Assembly: GCA_964354265.1 (NCBI GenBank)
Contig: CAYGYY010000003.1
Location: forward strand, 1 to 48,839
Direction: 5' to 3'
Length of the DNA stretch: 48,839 bases
Source: an uncultured Actinomycetota bacterium
Lineage (GTDB): Bacteria > Actinomycetota > Humimicrobiia > Humimicrobiales > Humimicrobiaceae
Under the pieces are notes generated by a model. That model worked only from the letters and a program-made list of their open reading frames with translations, was not told the origin of the DNA and ran no database searches. This document shows positions 8,994 through 17,123 of the stretch, piece by piece (positions within the stretch are counted from its first letter, which is position 1; every line of letters starts with the position of its first letter). The position numbers and the translations under genes are program-made.

Positions 8994-10149
8994 CCCGGGG
9001 GTATCTTCAGAAAAGGAACTCATGGGGCTCTTAAAGGAAAGGATCAAAAAAGATAATGGATTCTTTGCCGGCAGTTTTTCAGGCAGGCAGGGATATACTG
9101 AAAAAATCTACCTCCTGACAGAAGACATATTGAAAAACCGGTATCCGGGCATTATGCCGGAAATAGAGGACAGCTTTATAGAGAAGGCGGTCTCTGATAT
9201 CTTCGGGCTGGGCATACTGGAAAAGTATCTTTCCGACAGGACCGTAACAGATATTTTCATCCAGGATACTGAAATGATAATCATACAAAATGGCATAAAA
9301 ACATTTCTCGGAGAAGTATTTGACAGCATCGATGATGTCTACCTGCTGATAGACAGGATTAAACTTGGTTCAGGCAAGACTGTTGACCAGAGAATGCCAT
9401 TCTTAAACACCGATCTCTATGATGGAAGCAGGTGCTCGATAGTTATCCCGCCCGTTTCAGACAGGGTATATATAAGCATAAGGGTTTTTAACTGCCGGGA
9501 TTTTGAGCTGGAGGACCTGATGGGGCTTGGTATGTTTGAAGTCAATACCTTAAATATGCTTCGCGAATTTGTGGCCGGCAGCAAGAACATAATCATTGCA
9601 GGGTCGATGGGCTCAGGAAAGACAACACTGTTAAATTCCCTTGCCAGGCTTATCCCGGCAAATGAGATAATAAGCCTTATCCAGGATTTGCCGGAAATCA
9701 GACTCTCCAGACACAGATACCTGCGTATGCTTACAACAAGACCCAAAACCAGGGAAGTTGATTTTGAAATAAACCAGGAGAAGCTTCTCTTTGAAACATT
9801 GAGGATGAAAGCAGACCGCATCATTGTGGGAGAAGTCCGGGATTATATGGCTGCATACCAGATGCTGCAGGCTTTAAATACCGGGCATCGCGGAAGCTTC
9901 AGCACAATTCATGCAGATTCTTCATATGATGCGCTGCTAAGGATTGAAATGCTGGCAATGGAATACAGGCCGAATTTAAGCAGCAGCATCGTAAAGAAAA
10001 TAGTTTCAAGGGCAATAGATATTGTCATTTTCCTGGAGCCGGAAAAAGATGTCCAGATGAATATAAGGAACAGGAAGATAAAGGAAATCATGGCCGTGGG
10101 GGCCGAACTCAACGACAGGGGGGATTACTCATTAAAGCGCCTATATTGA
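8971..10149 (+). CDS. tadA: TadA/CpaF pilus assembly ATPase
   Basis: GLGILEKYLSD, Walker A GSMGSGKTT, LRMKADRIIVGEVR, His box LNTGHRGSFSTIHA; alternative TTG start at 8965. Confidence 0.93.
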   Translation: MGLKERLDPGVSSEKELMGLLKERIKKDNGFFAGSFSGRQGYTEKIYLLTEDILKNRYPGIMPEIEDSFIEKAVSDIFGLGILEKYLSDRTVTDIFIQDTEMIIIQNGIKTFLGEVFDSIDDVYLLIDRIKLGSGKTVDQRMPFLNTDLYDGSRCSIVIPPVSDRVYISIRVFNCRDFELEDLMGLGMFEVNTLNMLREFVAGSKNIIIAGSMGSGKTTLLNSLARLIPANEIISLIQDLPEIRLSRHRYLRMLTTRPKTREVDFEINQEKLLFETLRMKADRIIVGEVRDYMAAYQMLQALNTGHRGSFSTIHADSSYDALLRIEMLAMEYRPNLSSSIVKKIVSRAIDIVIFLEPEKDVQMNIRNRKIKEIMAVGAELNDRGDYSLKRLY

Positions 10150-11123
10150 TATCGCTATTTTACCTTTTAGGGTTTCTTTATTTATTCAGCGCAGCTGCTC
10201 TTTATGCAGGCTTTAAAAAAGACCGGCTCTTAGCAAGGCTGAAAAGGTCATACGGCAGCAGTGCAACCGGCAGCAGCGCAACCGGCAGCAATATTCCTGG
10301 CGGCAGCAGTTACGGGGTTTCCGGGTATGATTTCTATAACGCGGCTTCTAGAAGCTGGGCAAAAAGAACTGATGCCTCCAGGATGTTTAAAATATGGCTT
10401 TTAAAATATAATCTTGAGATAGAACCCGCAGTTTTTTTTATGTGCGCCTCCATAGTCTTTTCTTCTGTTTTTATGGCATGCCTGTTTTTAAATTATGGGC
10501 TCCTGATATTTGTAATCGTTACTGCTGTTATCGCACTGATTTTTTTTATTACTGTGGACCTCAGGAGAAGAAAGCTTATTGCCATGAAAGAATCCCAGTT
10601 TGAAAGTTTTTTAATAGACCTTACGGGCAACCTTTATGCAAACCCGAATATCTTACAGGGCATCCTGAAAACAATGCAGTCGACAGATTATCCTTTAAAA
10701 AAGGAATTTGAGATTTTGGTGGATGAAACAAGGCGGGGGGTCCTCTTAAATTCTGCATTTGAAAATATGATAATACGGAACGACAGTAAGATAATAAGGT
10801 TTGTAATATCTGGGCTGGTTGCTGCAAATGAAAAAGGCGTTGACCTTATTGGATTTTTAAAGGACCAGATAGATTACTTGAGGGAGAAAAAAAGCCTGGC
10901 AAACTATATCAGGATATTGAGTTCGGGTCCGCGCTATTCTTCTTATGTAATAATGCTTATACCTGTCATTGTCCTTGGAACCGTATCATTGCTTAATAAT
11001 GATTTCGGGCAAAGCCTCATAACCCCGCCAGGCCTGTGGGTCCTCATTTATTCTGCTGCCAGCTTTATTACGGGTTTTTTAATCATAAACAGGATTGTAA
11101 ACATAACAGAAGGTGAGCGCTGA
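10146..11123 (+). CDS. tadB: TadB (T2SSF-family) platform protein
   Basis: TM segments with a T2SSF-like cytoplasmic domain (PLKKEF...RRG...LNSAFENM); follows tadA with a 4-nt overlap. Confidence 0.85.
   Translation: MISLFYLLGFLYLFSAAALYAGFKKDRLLARLKRSYGSSATGSSATGSNIPGGSSYGVSGYDFYNAASRSWAKRTDASRMFKIWLLKYNLEIEPAVFFMCASIVFSSVFMACLFLNYGLLIFVIVTAVIALIFFITVDLRRRKLIAMKESQFESFLIDLTGNLYANPNILQGILKTMQSTDYPLKKEFEILVDETRRGVLLNSAFENMIIRNDSKIIRFVISGLVAANEKGVDLIGFLKDQIDYLREKKSLANYIRILSSGPRYSSYVIMLIPVIVLGTVSLLNNDFGQSLITPPGLWVLIYSAASFITGFLIINRIVNITEGER
10254..10298 (+). repeat. 15-bp tandem repeat in tadB (GSSAT x2, GSNIP)
   Basis: ggcagcagtgcaacc ggcagcagcgcaacc ggcagcaatattcct. Confidence 0.85.
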
Positions 11124-11839
11124 TGCAAATCAAGCTTTCAAATAGTGACTTTACAGACAACCTTAAGTTACTGGTAGAGGCAAAAGGGTTTGTAAAGGTT
11201 CTTGGCATAAGGATCAGAAATGCTGAAGAACTGTTTCAATTCAGGCTTATTCTTTCTGCAAGCTTTTTCTTAATCCTGTTTGCCGCAGGGTTTATTGCAG
11301 GTGAAAACCTTATTCTTTATTGTGCGCTTCTGGGGTTGGTGCTGTTCTTCCTGCCTGCAGAAATACTTAAAGGAAGCATTGCAAAAAAAGCAAGAAAAAT
11401 ACTTGGTGAGCTTCCGGATACAATTGATATGATGGCTTCACTTCTTAAAGCAGGGCTAACGCTTGATGAGTCCATGATGTATATAATCAGGAACTTAAAG
11501 GGCGAGATACCTGGACTGTTTTCACTTTGCCATACAAAGATGCTGGATGGGTGCAGCAGGGCTGAGGCATATGATATCGCAGGCAGGCTCTCCTTCTGCT
11601 ATGAATTCAGGAGTTTTGTAAAAGTGCTATATCAGTCAGAGATTATAGGAAACCCTATCAGTGAAGTGCTTAAGGATCTTTCCAGGGTTTACAGGAATAA
11701 TCAGAGGGATTTTTTAAAGATCAGGGCGGAAAAGCTTGAGAGTAACCTTATTATAGTAATATTCATGTTTATTTTCATACCTATGCTTGCGCTGTTTTTA
11801 ATACCTGTTCTGCCGCAAATAAAAATGATGATAGGGTAA
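11123..11839 (+). CDS. tadC: TadC (T2SSF-family) platform protein
   Basis: ELPDTIDMMASLLKAGLTL, QSEIIGNPISEVL, C-terminal FIFIP TM. Confidence 0.9.
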   Translation: MQIKLSNSDFTDNLKLLVEAKGFVKVLGIRIRNAEELFQFRLILSASFFLILFAAGFIAGENLILYCALLGLVLFFLPAEILKGSIAKKARKILGELPDTIDMMASLLKAGLTLDESMMYIIRNLKGEIPGLFSLCHTKMLDGCSRAEAYDIAGRLSFCYEFRSFVKVLYQSEIIGNPISEVLKDLSRVYRNNQRDFLKIRAEKLESNLIIVIFMFIFIPMLALFLIPVLPQIKMMIG

Positions 11840-11943
11840 GTGATTTTTTTTCAGTTTTATTACTAAATTTAAATATTAATTATAAATATTATTTTAAAAT
11901 AAAATATTTTGTTAATTATAAAACATGATTGGAAGGGGAAGAA

Positions 11944-12138
11944 ATGAAGAACAAAAACACAAGAATGCCGGGCGCGATTCCCAGCAGGATAAAGGATACA
12001 TTGTTTAAGGATGGGGGAGCAACATTAATTGAGATAGCTCTTTATATAGCCCTTGTTGTAATTGTTTGCATAGCAGTTGTAACGTCTCTTGGAAACAGGC
12101 TGCAGGGCGTATTCAGCACGATTGTAAACAGTCTTTAA
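11944..12138 (+). CDS. flp: Flp family type IV(c) prepilin
   Basis: Short protein with G|ATLIE prepilin site, hydrophobic helix and LGNRLQGVFSTIVNSL tail; purine-rich SD before the ATG at 11944. Confidence 0.9.
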   Translation: MKNKNTRMPGAIPSRIKDTLFKDGGATLIEIALYIALVVIVCIAVVTSLGNRLQGVFSTIVNSL

Positions 12139-12190
12139 TAAGGATATCTGAAGGGGAAAGCGGGATGTATACAGGAATGGATATCGGGAA

Positions 12191-12637
12191 GTGAAGACTC
12201 AGGGCACAGGCAAAAATACCGGGCGCTATATTTCCCAGTCGGGAAATGTCCTGCTTGAACTTGCAATAATCTTTCCGGTGCTCATCCTGCTGATTTCCGG
12301 GATAATCCAATTCGGATTCATCCTTAATGCAAAGATTGCAGTAAATTCTGCTGCATATGAGGCAGCAAGGATCGCTACAGTTTCCGCTAATCCTGCTGAG
12401 GCGGCAGTAGCGGCAGCAAAAAATTATGCCGGAGGCAATCTGCCGGGCTGGGATTTATCCGGCAGGCTGAAAGTCAATGTCAGCGCGGCCGGAACAGATC
12501 CGGGTAGCCCAGTCAAAGTCGAAGTCATCTATTCTGTCCCTGTATTTTTCCCAAAAATAGCGCCATTTTCAAACTGGGGCAGCCGGTTTACTGACATAAA
12601 AGGTGTTTCTGTCATGCGTATAGAGGAAAAGGAGTAG
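12191..12637 (+). CDS. tadE: TadE-family minor pilin
   Basis: SG|NVLLELAIIFPVLILLISGIIQFG...AAYEAAR TadE signature. Confidence 0.92.
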   Translation: MKTQGTGKNTGRYISQSGNVLLELAIIFPVLILLISGIIQFGFILNAKIAVNSAAYEAARIATVSANPAEAAVAAAKNYAGGNLPGWDLSGRLKVNVSAAGTDPGSPVKVEVIYSVPVFFPKIAPFSNWGSRFTDIKGVSVMRIEEKE

Positions 12638-12642
12638 GCAAT

Positions 12643-13995
12643 ATGGGCTTTAATAAAAGCATAGTTTTATTTATATACAAAAGGATTTTCAAGGTCCTGA
12701 GGGTTATTGGCTTAAGGGAATATAAAAGAAAAATCATCCTCTTTCTGGGTCCTCTTTTTATGATAATGCTATATATCCTTTCGATTTTTATCCCTTTTTT
12801 TATATTCCAGCAGCAGATATTTGGCGAAGGATGGCTCAAGGTCGATTTGCATGAAGGCGAGCGGGTCTGGGTGGATACATCACACTGGGAAACTAAAAAA
12901 GTACTGGTAAAAGACGGATATTATGAAGACGTCCAGAAAAAAAGATGGGTTGACACTTCATACACAGTAAAAGACGGATATTATGCAACCGGGCAGTACA
13001 GGGTTTGGGTTGAACAAAAAGATATCGAATCCTATACTGCGTCAAGATATGTTGACACATCGCATTATGTAACAAAATACAGGTATATTAATAAGGTCAA
13101 GCCTGTCAATTTTACAGTAATATCGGGCACGGACAATTATGGCTGGAGCGTGTATGCTTTTGCTGCAAAAACAAAAGGGATGCAGCAGGTATCATATAGA
13201 GGCTCCACCTACATGGCAAATGTCTATGTCATAGATTACAGGCCTGCCAGGGGCGGACGGATCTATGCTGTAAAATATGTCTTTATTTATATGCTTATAA
13301 AAGAAAAGCAGTATTACATGGAATGGGAGAAATCAGGGCACTGGGAAAGCTATACCGCTTACAGGCGCGTGGATAATTCACATTGGGAGACAAGGACAGG
13401 CCGTTACTGGGTGGACACGTCCTATAAAGTAAATGACGGACACTGGGAAGATTATAATGAAAAAGCCTGGGTTGATACAAGTTATTATGAGTTTAGAAAC
13501 TACTGGGTGGATGAAGGATTCTACACAGAGCCTCTTCATGGAAAATTGTCGGTGCAGAAAAACCCGAAATACGTATTTACGCGGTGGCATAAAGATGAAA
13601 GAGGCAAGGAATGCGGAATGGATTTAAAAATTTCATGGGAATTAGATAACAGTATGCTTGCCGAAGGACAGGAGCCAATACATATAACAGGGATATATAT
13701 TTATGAAGAGGTCCACAGGTACAGGGACAGGGGGATAGAAGAAGTACTGATTTATAACGGACATGTCAGGGCTTCAGAAGAGGGTGATTTGGAAACTTTT
13801 TCTAAATTTGATTTTGCCGGCAGCGATGAAAGCATACTTCACATTTATTTATATGCAGAAGACGGCCAGTCCGTACATGCCTATTTTAGTAACCCTGTAA
13901 ATGGCTACAGGTCCATTAATATGACAGAGAAAGGTACAGAATCGGGACCGGAGCGCTGGTTAGGAGGAAATGAATATGGAGAGATCAGCTTTTAA
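12643..13995 (+). CDS. Uncharacterised exported or membrane-anchored protein with mirror-symmetric W/Y-rich repeats (predicted long beta-hairpin stalk)
   Basis: SD AAGGAG; basic n-region plus hydrophobic helix (aa ~26-55); 12 repeat blocks WVDTSHW/xVxDGxW over aa 76-294; tightly coupled to tadE and tadG. Confidence 0.85.
   Translation: MGFNKSIVLFIYKRIFKVLRVIGLREYKRKIILFLGPLFMIMLYILSIFIPFFIFQQQIFGEGWLKVDLHEGERVWVDTSHWETKKVLVKDGYYEDVQKKRWVDTSYTVKDGYYATGQYRVWVEQKDIESYTASRYVDTSHYVTKYRYINKVKPVNFTVISGTDNYGWSVYAFAAKTKGMQQVSYRGSTYMANVYVIDYRPARGGRIYAVKYVFIYMLIKEKQYYMEWEKSGHWESYTAYRRVDNSHWETRTGRYWVDTSYKVNDGHWEDYNEKAWVDTSYYEFRNYWVDEGFYTEPLHGKLSVQKNPKYVFTRWHKDERGKECGMDLKISWELDNSMLAEGQEPIHITGIYIYEEVHRYRDRGIEEVLIYNGHVRASEEGDLETFSKFDFAGSDESILHIYLYAEDGQSVHAYFSNPVNGYRSINMTEKGTESGPERWLGGNEYGEISF
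12907..12985 (+). repeat. Exact 19-bp direct repeat within the repeat protein
   Basis: GTAAAAGACGGATATTATG at 12907-12925 and 12967-12985 (VKDGYY x2). Confidence 0.9.
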
Positions 13996-14434
13996 GAGAC
14001 TAACTTCCGGCAGGGGCGCGGTCATGATCCTTGCTGCTTTCCTGATGCCTCTTTTTCTTTTTTTGGCGGGAGCCGCAGTGGATGCCGGAAGAGCATTTGT
14101 ATTCAAATCTGAGCTGAACAAAGCTGCTATGATAGCAGCCGAAGAAGCATCAAAGGAGATAAATATGGGCGCTGCGCAGGAGAGTGGCTCAGTAAACCTT
14201 AATAGAGAAGATTTCGAGAATACAGTAAAAGAATATTTTTTTAAAAATATTCTTTTAAAAGAAAATTATCGAGTCAGTTCGCTTGAGATAAATGTCTTTG
14301 ATTCAGTATCAAACCCGAGATATATTGTAATAAAATGCCGCTCTGAAATAGACTGCTTTTTTTTAAAAATGTTCGGAATAAACTCGATATTTGTAAATTC
14401 AGGCGCAACAGGAAGATTGAGGCGGCTTAAGTAA
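13970..14434 (+). CDS. Tad-domain (TadG-like) pilin-like protein
   Basis: RG|AVMILAAFLMPLFLFLAGAAVDAGR...ELNKAAMIAA Tad N-terminal motif; C-terminal FFLKMFGI. Confidence 0.85.
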   Translation: MNMERSAFKRLTSGRGAVMILAAFLMPLFLFLAGAAVDAGRAFVFKSELNKAAMIAAEEASKEINMGAAQESGSVNLNREDFENTVKEYFFKNILLKENYRVSSLEINVFDSVSNPRYIVIKCRSEIDCFFLKMFGINSIFVNSGATGRLRRLK

Positions 14435-14459
14435 TTAATCATAGGAGAAGCAAAAGATT

Positions 14460-14927
14460 TCACTGTTCAACAGAAAAATACAGTGTCTTAAAGATTTCGC
14501 TATTGAATTTGAGCTCTGCAGCATAATTTCCCGTAGGGAAAGCAGTTGCAATGTTTATATTAAAGCTATGGTATCCTGACCCGCTTTCAGAAGGAGTAAA
14601 ACTCTGGGCGCTTAGCTCTTTTTTTGTATCAATATATGTCCAGATGACAGACAGGTGGTCTGAGACTGTGAAATCCTTAAATTTTACTGAAAGATAAATC
14701 GAATTTGTCCCTGCAGGGAAAACATCGGTTATATCAATGGGGCCATAGTTGCTGTCAACATTTTTACATGTTACTGCATCTATAACTTCAGGTTCACCTT
14801 TTTTTAAGGCTTCTTTAACCTGGTCAAGCTTTATTTCGTCCGTAGCGCAGGAGATAAAAGCTCCAATGCCCAAAAGAGCAATGGCAAATATTAATATTGC
14901 TAATAAAACTTTTTTACCCTGGTCTAT
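14460..14927 (-). CDS. Hypothetical lipoprotein with a beta-sandwich-like domain
   Basis: Signal peptide (M)DQGKKVLLAILIFAIALLGIGAFIS-C; start inferred at ATA 14927, 6 nt after AAGGAG (the ORF-track TTG at 14873 truncates the signal). Confidence 0.7.
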   Translation of the reverse strand: MDQGKKVLLAILIFAIALLGIGAFISCATDEIKLDQVKEALKKGEPEVIDAVTCKNVDSNYGPIDITDVFPAGTNSIYLSVKFKDFTVSDHLSVIWTYIDTKKELSAQSFTPSESGSGYHSFNINIATAFPTGNYAAELKFNSEIFKTLYFSVEQ

Positions 14928-14944
14928 TATTTGCTCCTTTTTTT

Positions 14945-15385
14945 CTACTGTCTTTTATACAGTCCAATAAGTTCCGCTTTTTCGATTATATGGCCCTCCA
15001 TCGATTTTTCAATTTCTGTTAACCCTGCTTTAAAGCTAAGATCAAGCATCCTGTCAAGAGCATATAGCTTGAAAAAATACCTGTGTGTCCCTGAGGGTGG
15101 ACAGGGTCCGCCGTATCCGGTTCTTCCAAAACTGGTAACACATTCAATTGAATTATCGGGACAGCTATTCTCAGGGACTTCAGATGTTGCAGGGTCAATG
15201 TTCCAGACTGTCCAGTGAAGCCATGTCTTTATAGGGGCATCCGGGTCATCCATTATGAGTACCAGTGATTTTGTTTCAGCAGGCACATCCCTGATTGAAA
15301 GTGGCGGATTAATATTCTGGCCATCACATGTATATTTTGAAGGGATGTAGCTGTTATGTTCAAACATTGCTGATGAAACCTTCAT
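14945..15385 (-). CDS. YbhB/YbcL family (PEBP/RKIP-like) protein
   Basis: YTCDGQNINPPL, MDDPDAP, WLHW, YGGPCPPSGTHRYFFKLYALD. Confidence 0.95.
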   Translation of the reverse strand: MKVSSAMFEHNSYIPSKYTCDGQNINPPLSIRDVPAETKSLVLIMDDPDAPIKTWLHWTVWNIDPATSEVPENSCPDNSIECVTSFGRTGYGGPCPPSGTHRYFFKLYALDRMLDLSFKAGLTEIEKSMEGHIIEKAELIGLYKRQ

Positions 15386-15796
15386 TTATATTTCCTCCTG
15401 TAATAATTATTTTCCCAAAGCTCCTGTTTTATAGCATGCCTATGATTAATTTTTATTATAATATTATATATTATGTTTTTACAGGTTTATAAATATTAAT
15501 TTCTCTTTTGTAAGGAGAATATCTATATAGAAGGGTAATCGTAGTCTGCCGTTTATCATAGTGCTTAATTTTATCTTCGCATACCCCCGGGAGTTAAATT
15601 TTTTTATAACGGGATGGAATTATAAATGGAAGGAGCGGTAGAGAAATATTAATAGTATAGAAAAAAATAAATCGGCAAAATTATAGAATTTGGCGCTTAA
15701 GCTGTTTATAATATCCGTCCAAACCATTAAAATATAAAAAAGGCACAAATCAAATAAACATAATTAAAAATTAAGATTTTTAGAAAAGGAAATCAT

Positions 15797-16285
15797 ATGA
15801 AAGGCTATCTTTTCCCCGATACCGTAGATGTAATTGTTGAAGTCCCAAAAGGATGCAGGAATAAATATGAGTATGACCACAAGGCAAACAGGATAAAACT
15901 TGACAGGGTGTTGTTCAGCTCTGTCCATTACCCTGCTGACTATGGCTATATAGATGGTACCCTTGCAGAAGATGGCGACGAGGTCGATGTCCTGGTGCTG
16001 ATAGATGAACCTACATTTTCCGGATGCCTGATAGAGGCAAGGCCCATAGGCATGCTCAGGATGAAGGATGAAAAAGGCATAGACAATAAGGTCCTTGCCG
16101 TACCTGCAACAGACCCTGTATGGAATTATGTAAATGACCTGCACGAGATTTCCCCGCATATACTAACGGAGATAGAGAATTTCTTTTTGACATATAAGAA
16201 GCTGGAAGCCAAATCAGTTATTTCAGACGGGTGGAAATCTGTTACTTTTGCAAAAGAATACTTAAATGACAGGAAAAAATTTTAA
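15797..16285 (+). CDS. ppa: Family I soluble inorganic pyrophosphatase
   Basis: NKYEYD, LDRVL, YPADYG, DGDEVD, FFLTYKKLE. Confidence 0.95.
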   Translation: MKGYLFPDTVDVIVEVPKGCRNKYEYDHKANRIKLDRVLFSSVHYPADYGYIDGTLAEDGDEVDVLVLIDEPTFSGCLIEARPIGMLRMKDEKGIDNKVLAVPATDPVWNYVNDLHEISPHILTEIENFFLTYKKLEAKSVISDGWKSVTFAKEYLNDRKKF

Positions 16286-16307
16286 CTGGAGCGAATCATA
16301 ACAAAAA

Positions 16308-17123
16308 ATGGAAATAAATATGGAGAAAAGGGAAAGGCTCAAAGAGTTTTATTTTAAGATAAGGGACTGCAATAAATGCGACCTTGCGGCAACCAGGACG
16401 AATTTTGTTTTTGGAAGCGGCAATTCCAATGCTTCAATTATTTTTATTGGTGAGGCGCCGGGAAAGAATGAAGACCTGCAGGGAAAACCTTTTGTAGGCC
16501 AGGCAGGCAAGCTGCTTGACGAGCTTCTCGGGTCCATAAAATTTACAAGGAGCGATGTTTTCATTGCAAACGTCCTTAAATGCAGGCCTCCACTAAACAG
16601 GGACCCGGTAATTTCAGAAATAAGCCTATGCAAGGATTACCTTTTTGAGCAGATAGGGATAATCGATCCGGGCATTATCTGTACTATGGGAAAATATTCC
16701 ACGCAACTGATACTTGAAACTGGGCAGGGCATAAACTCCCTGAGGGGCAAGGTCTTTAAAATTGGCAATAGAATTGTAATTCCTATCAATCACCCGGCCG
16801 CAGCGCTTTACGCCCCGTCGCGCATGCAGATTTTAAAAGAAGATTTCAAGAGGATAAAGACTATGCATGATAATCTGGAAGACCCAGGCAAAGCTTTTGA
16901 GATTTCTAATATAGTGTCTGCTGATGTGCCTGCTGATACTATGGAAGTCCCGGCAGTTCCCGATTCACATATTACCTCAATGATTTTTTCAGGCAGTCAG
17001 GCTCCAATCAATTCGGAAACTTTTACTGCACAGCAACCGAATGGTCGCAAACCTTTAAACAAACAGGAAAGCCAAAATGAAAAAGCATCTCAGGACCCGA
17101 ACAAACAATTAGGATTATTTTAA
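16308..17123 (+). CDS. Family 4 (Fe-S) uracil-DNA glycosylase with a long C-terminal tail
   Basis: CNKCDL, GEAPG, KPFVG, KCRPPLNR, HPAA; about 80-aa low-complexity tail ending QLGLF. Confidence 0.93.
   Translation: MEINMEKRERLKEFYFKIRDCNKCDLAATRTNFVFGSGNSNASIIFIGEAPGKNEDLQGKPFVGQAGKLLDELLGSIKFTRSDVFIANVLKCRPPLNRDPVISEISLCKDYLFEQIGIIDPGIICTMGKYSTQLILETGQGINSLRGKVFKIGNRIVIPINHPAAALYAPSRMQILKEDFKRIKTMHDNLEDPGKAFEISNIVSADVPADTMEVPAVPDSHITSMIFSGSQAPINSETFTAQQPNGRKPLNKQESQNEKASQDPNKQLGLF

Noticed and set aside
12868-13524. CRISPR-like or diversity-generating-retroelement interpretation of the repeats
   Set aside because: The repeats are in frame, conserved at protein level with synonymous variation and irregularly spaced; no cas or reverse transcriptase gene is present
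5666-14459. Tad locus as a mobile island
   Set aside because: No integrase, transposase, tRNA or flanking direct repeats seen; composition looks similar to neighbouring genes
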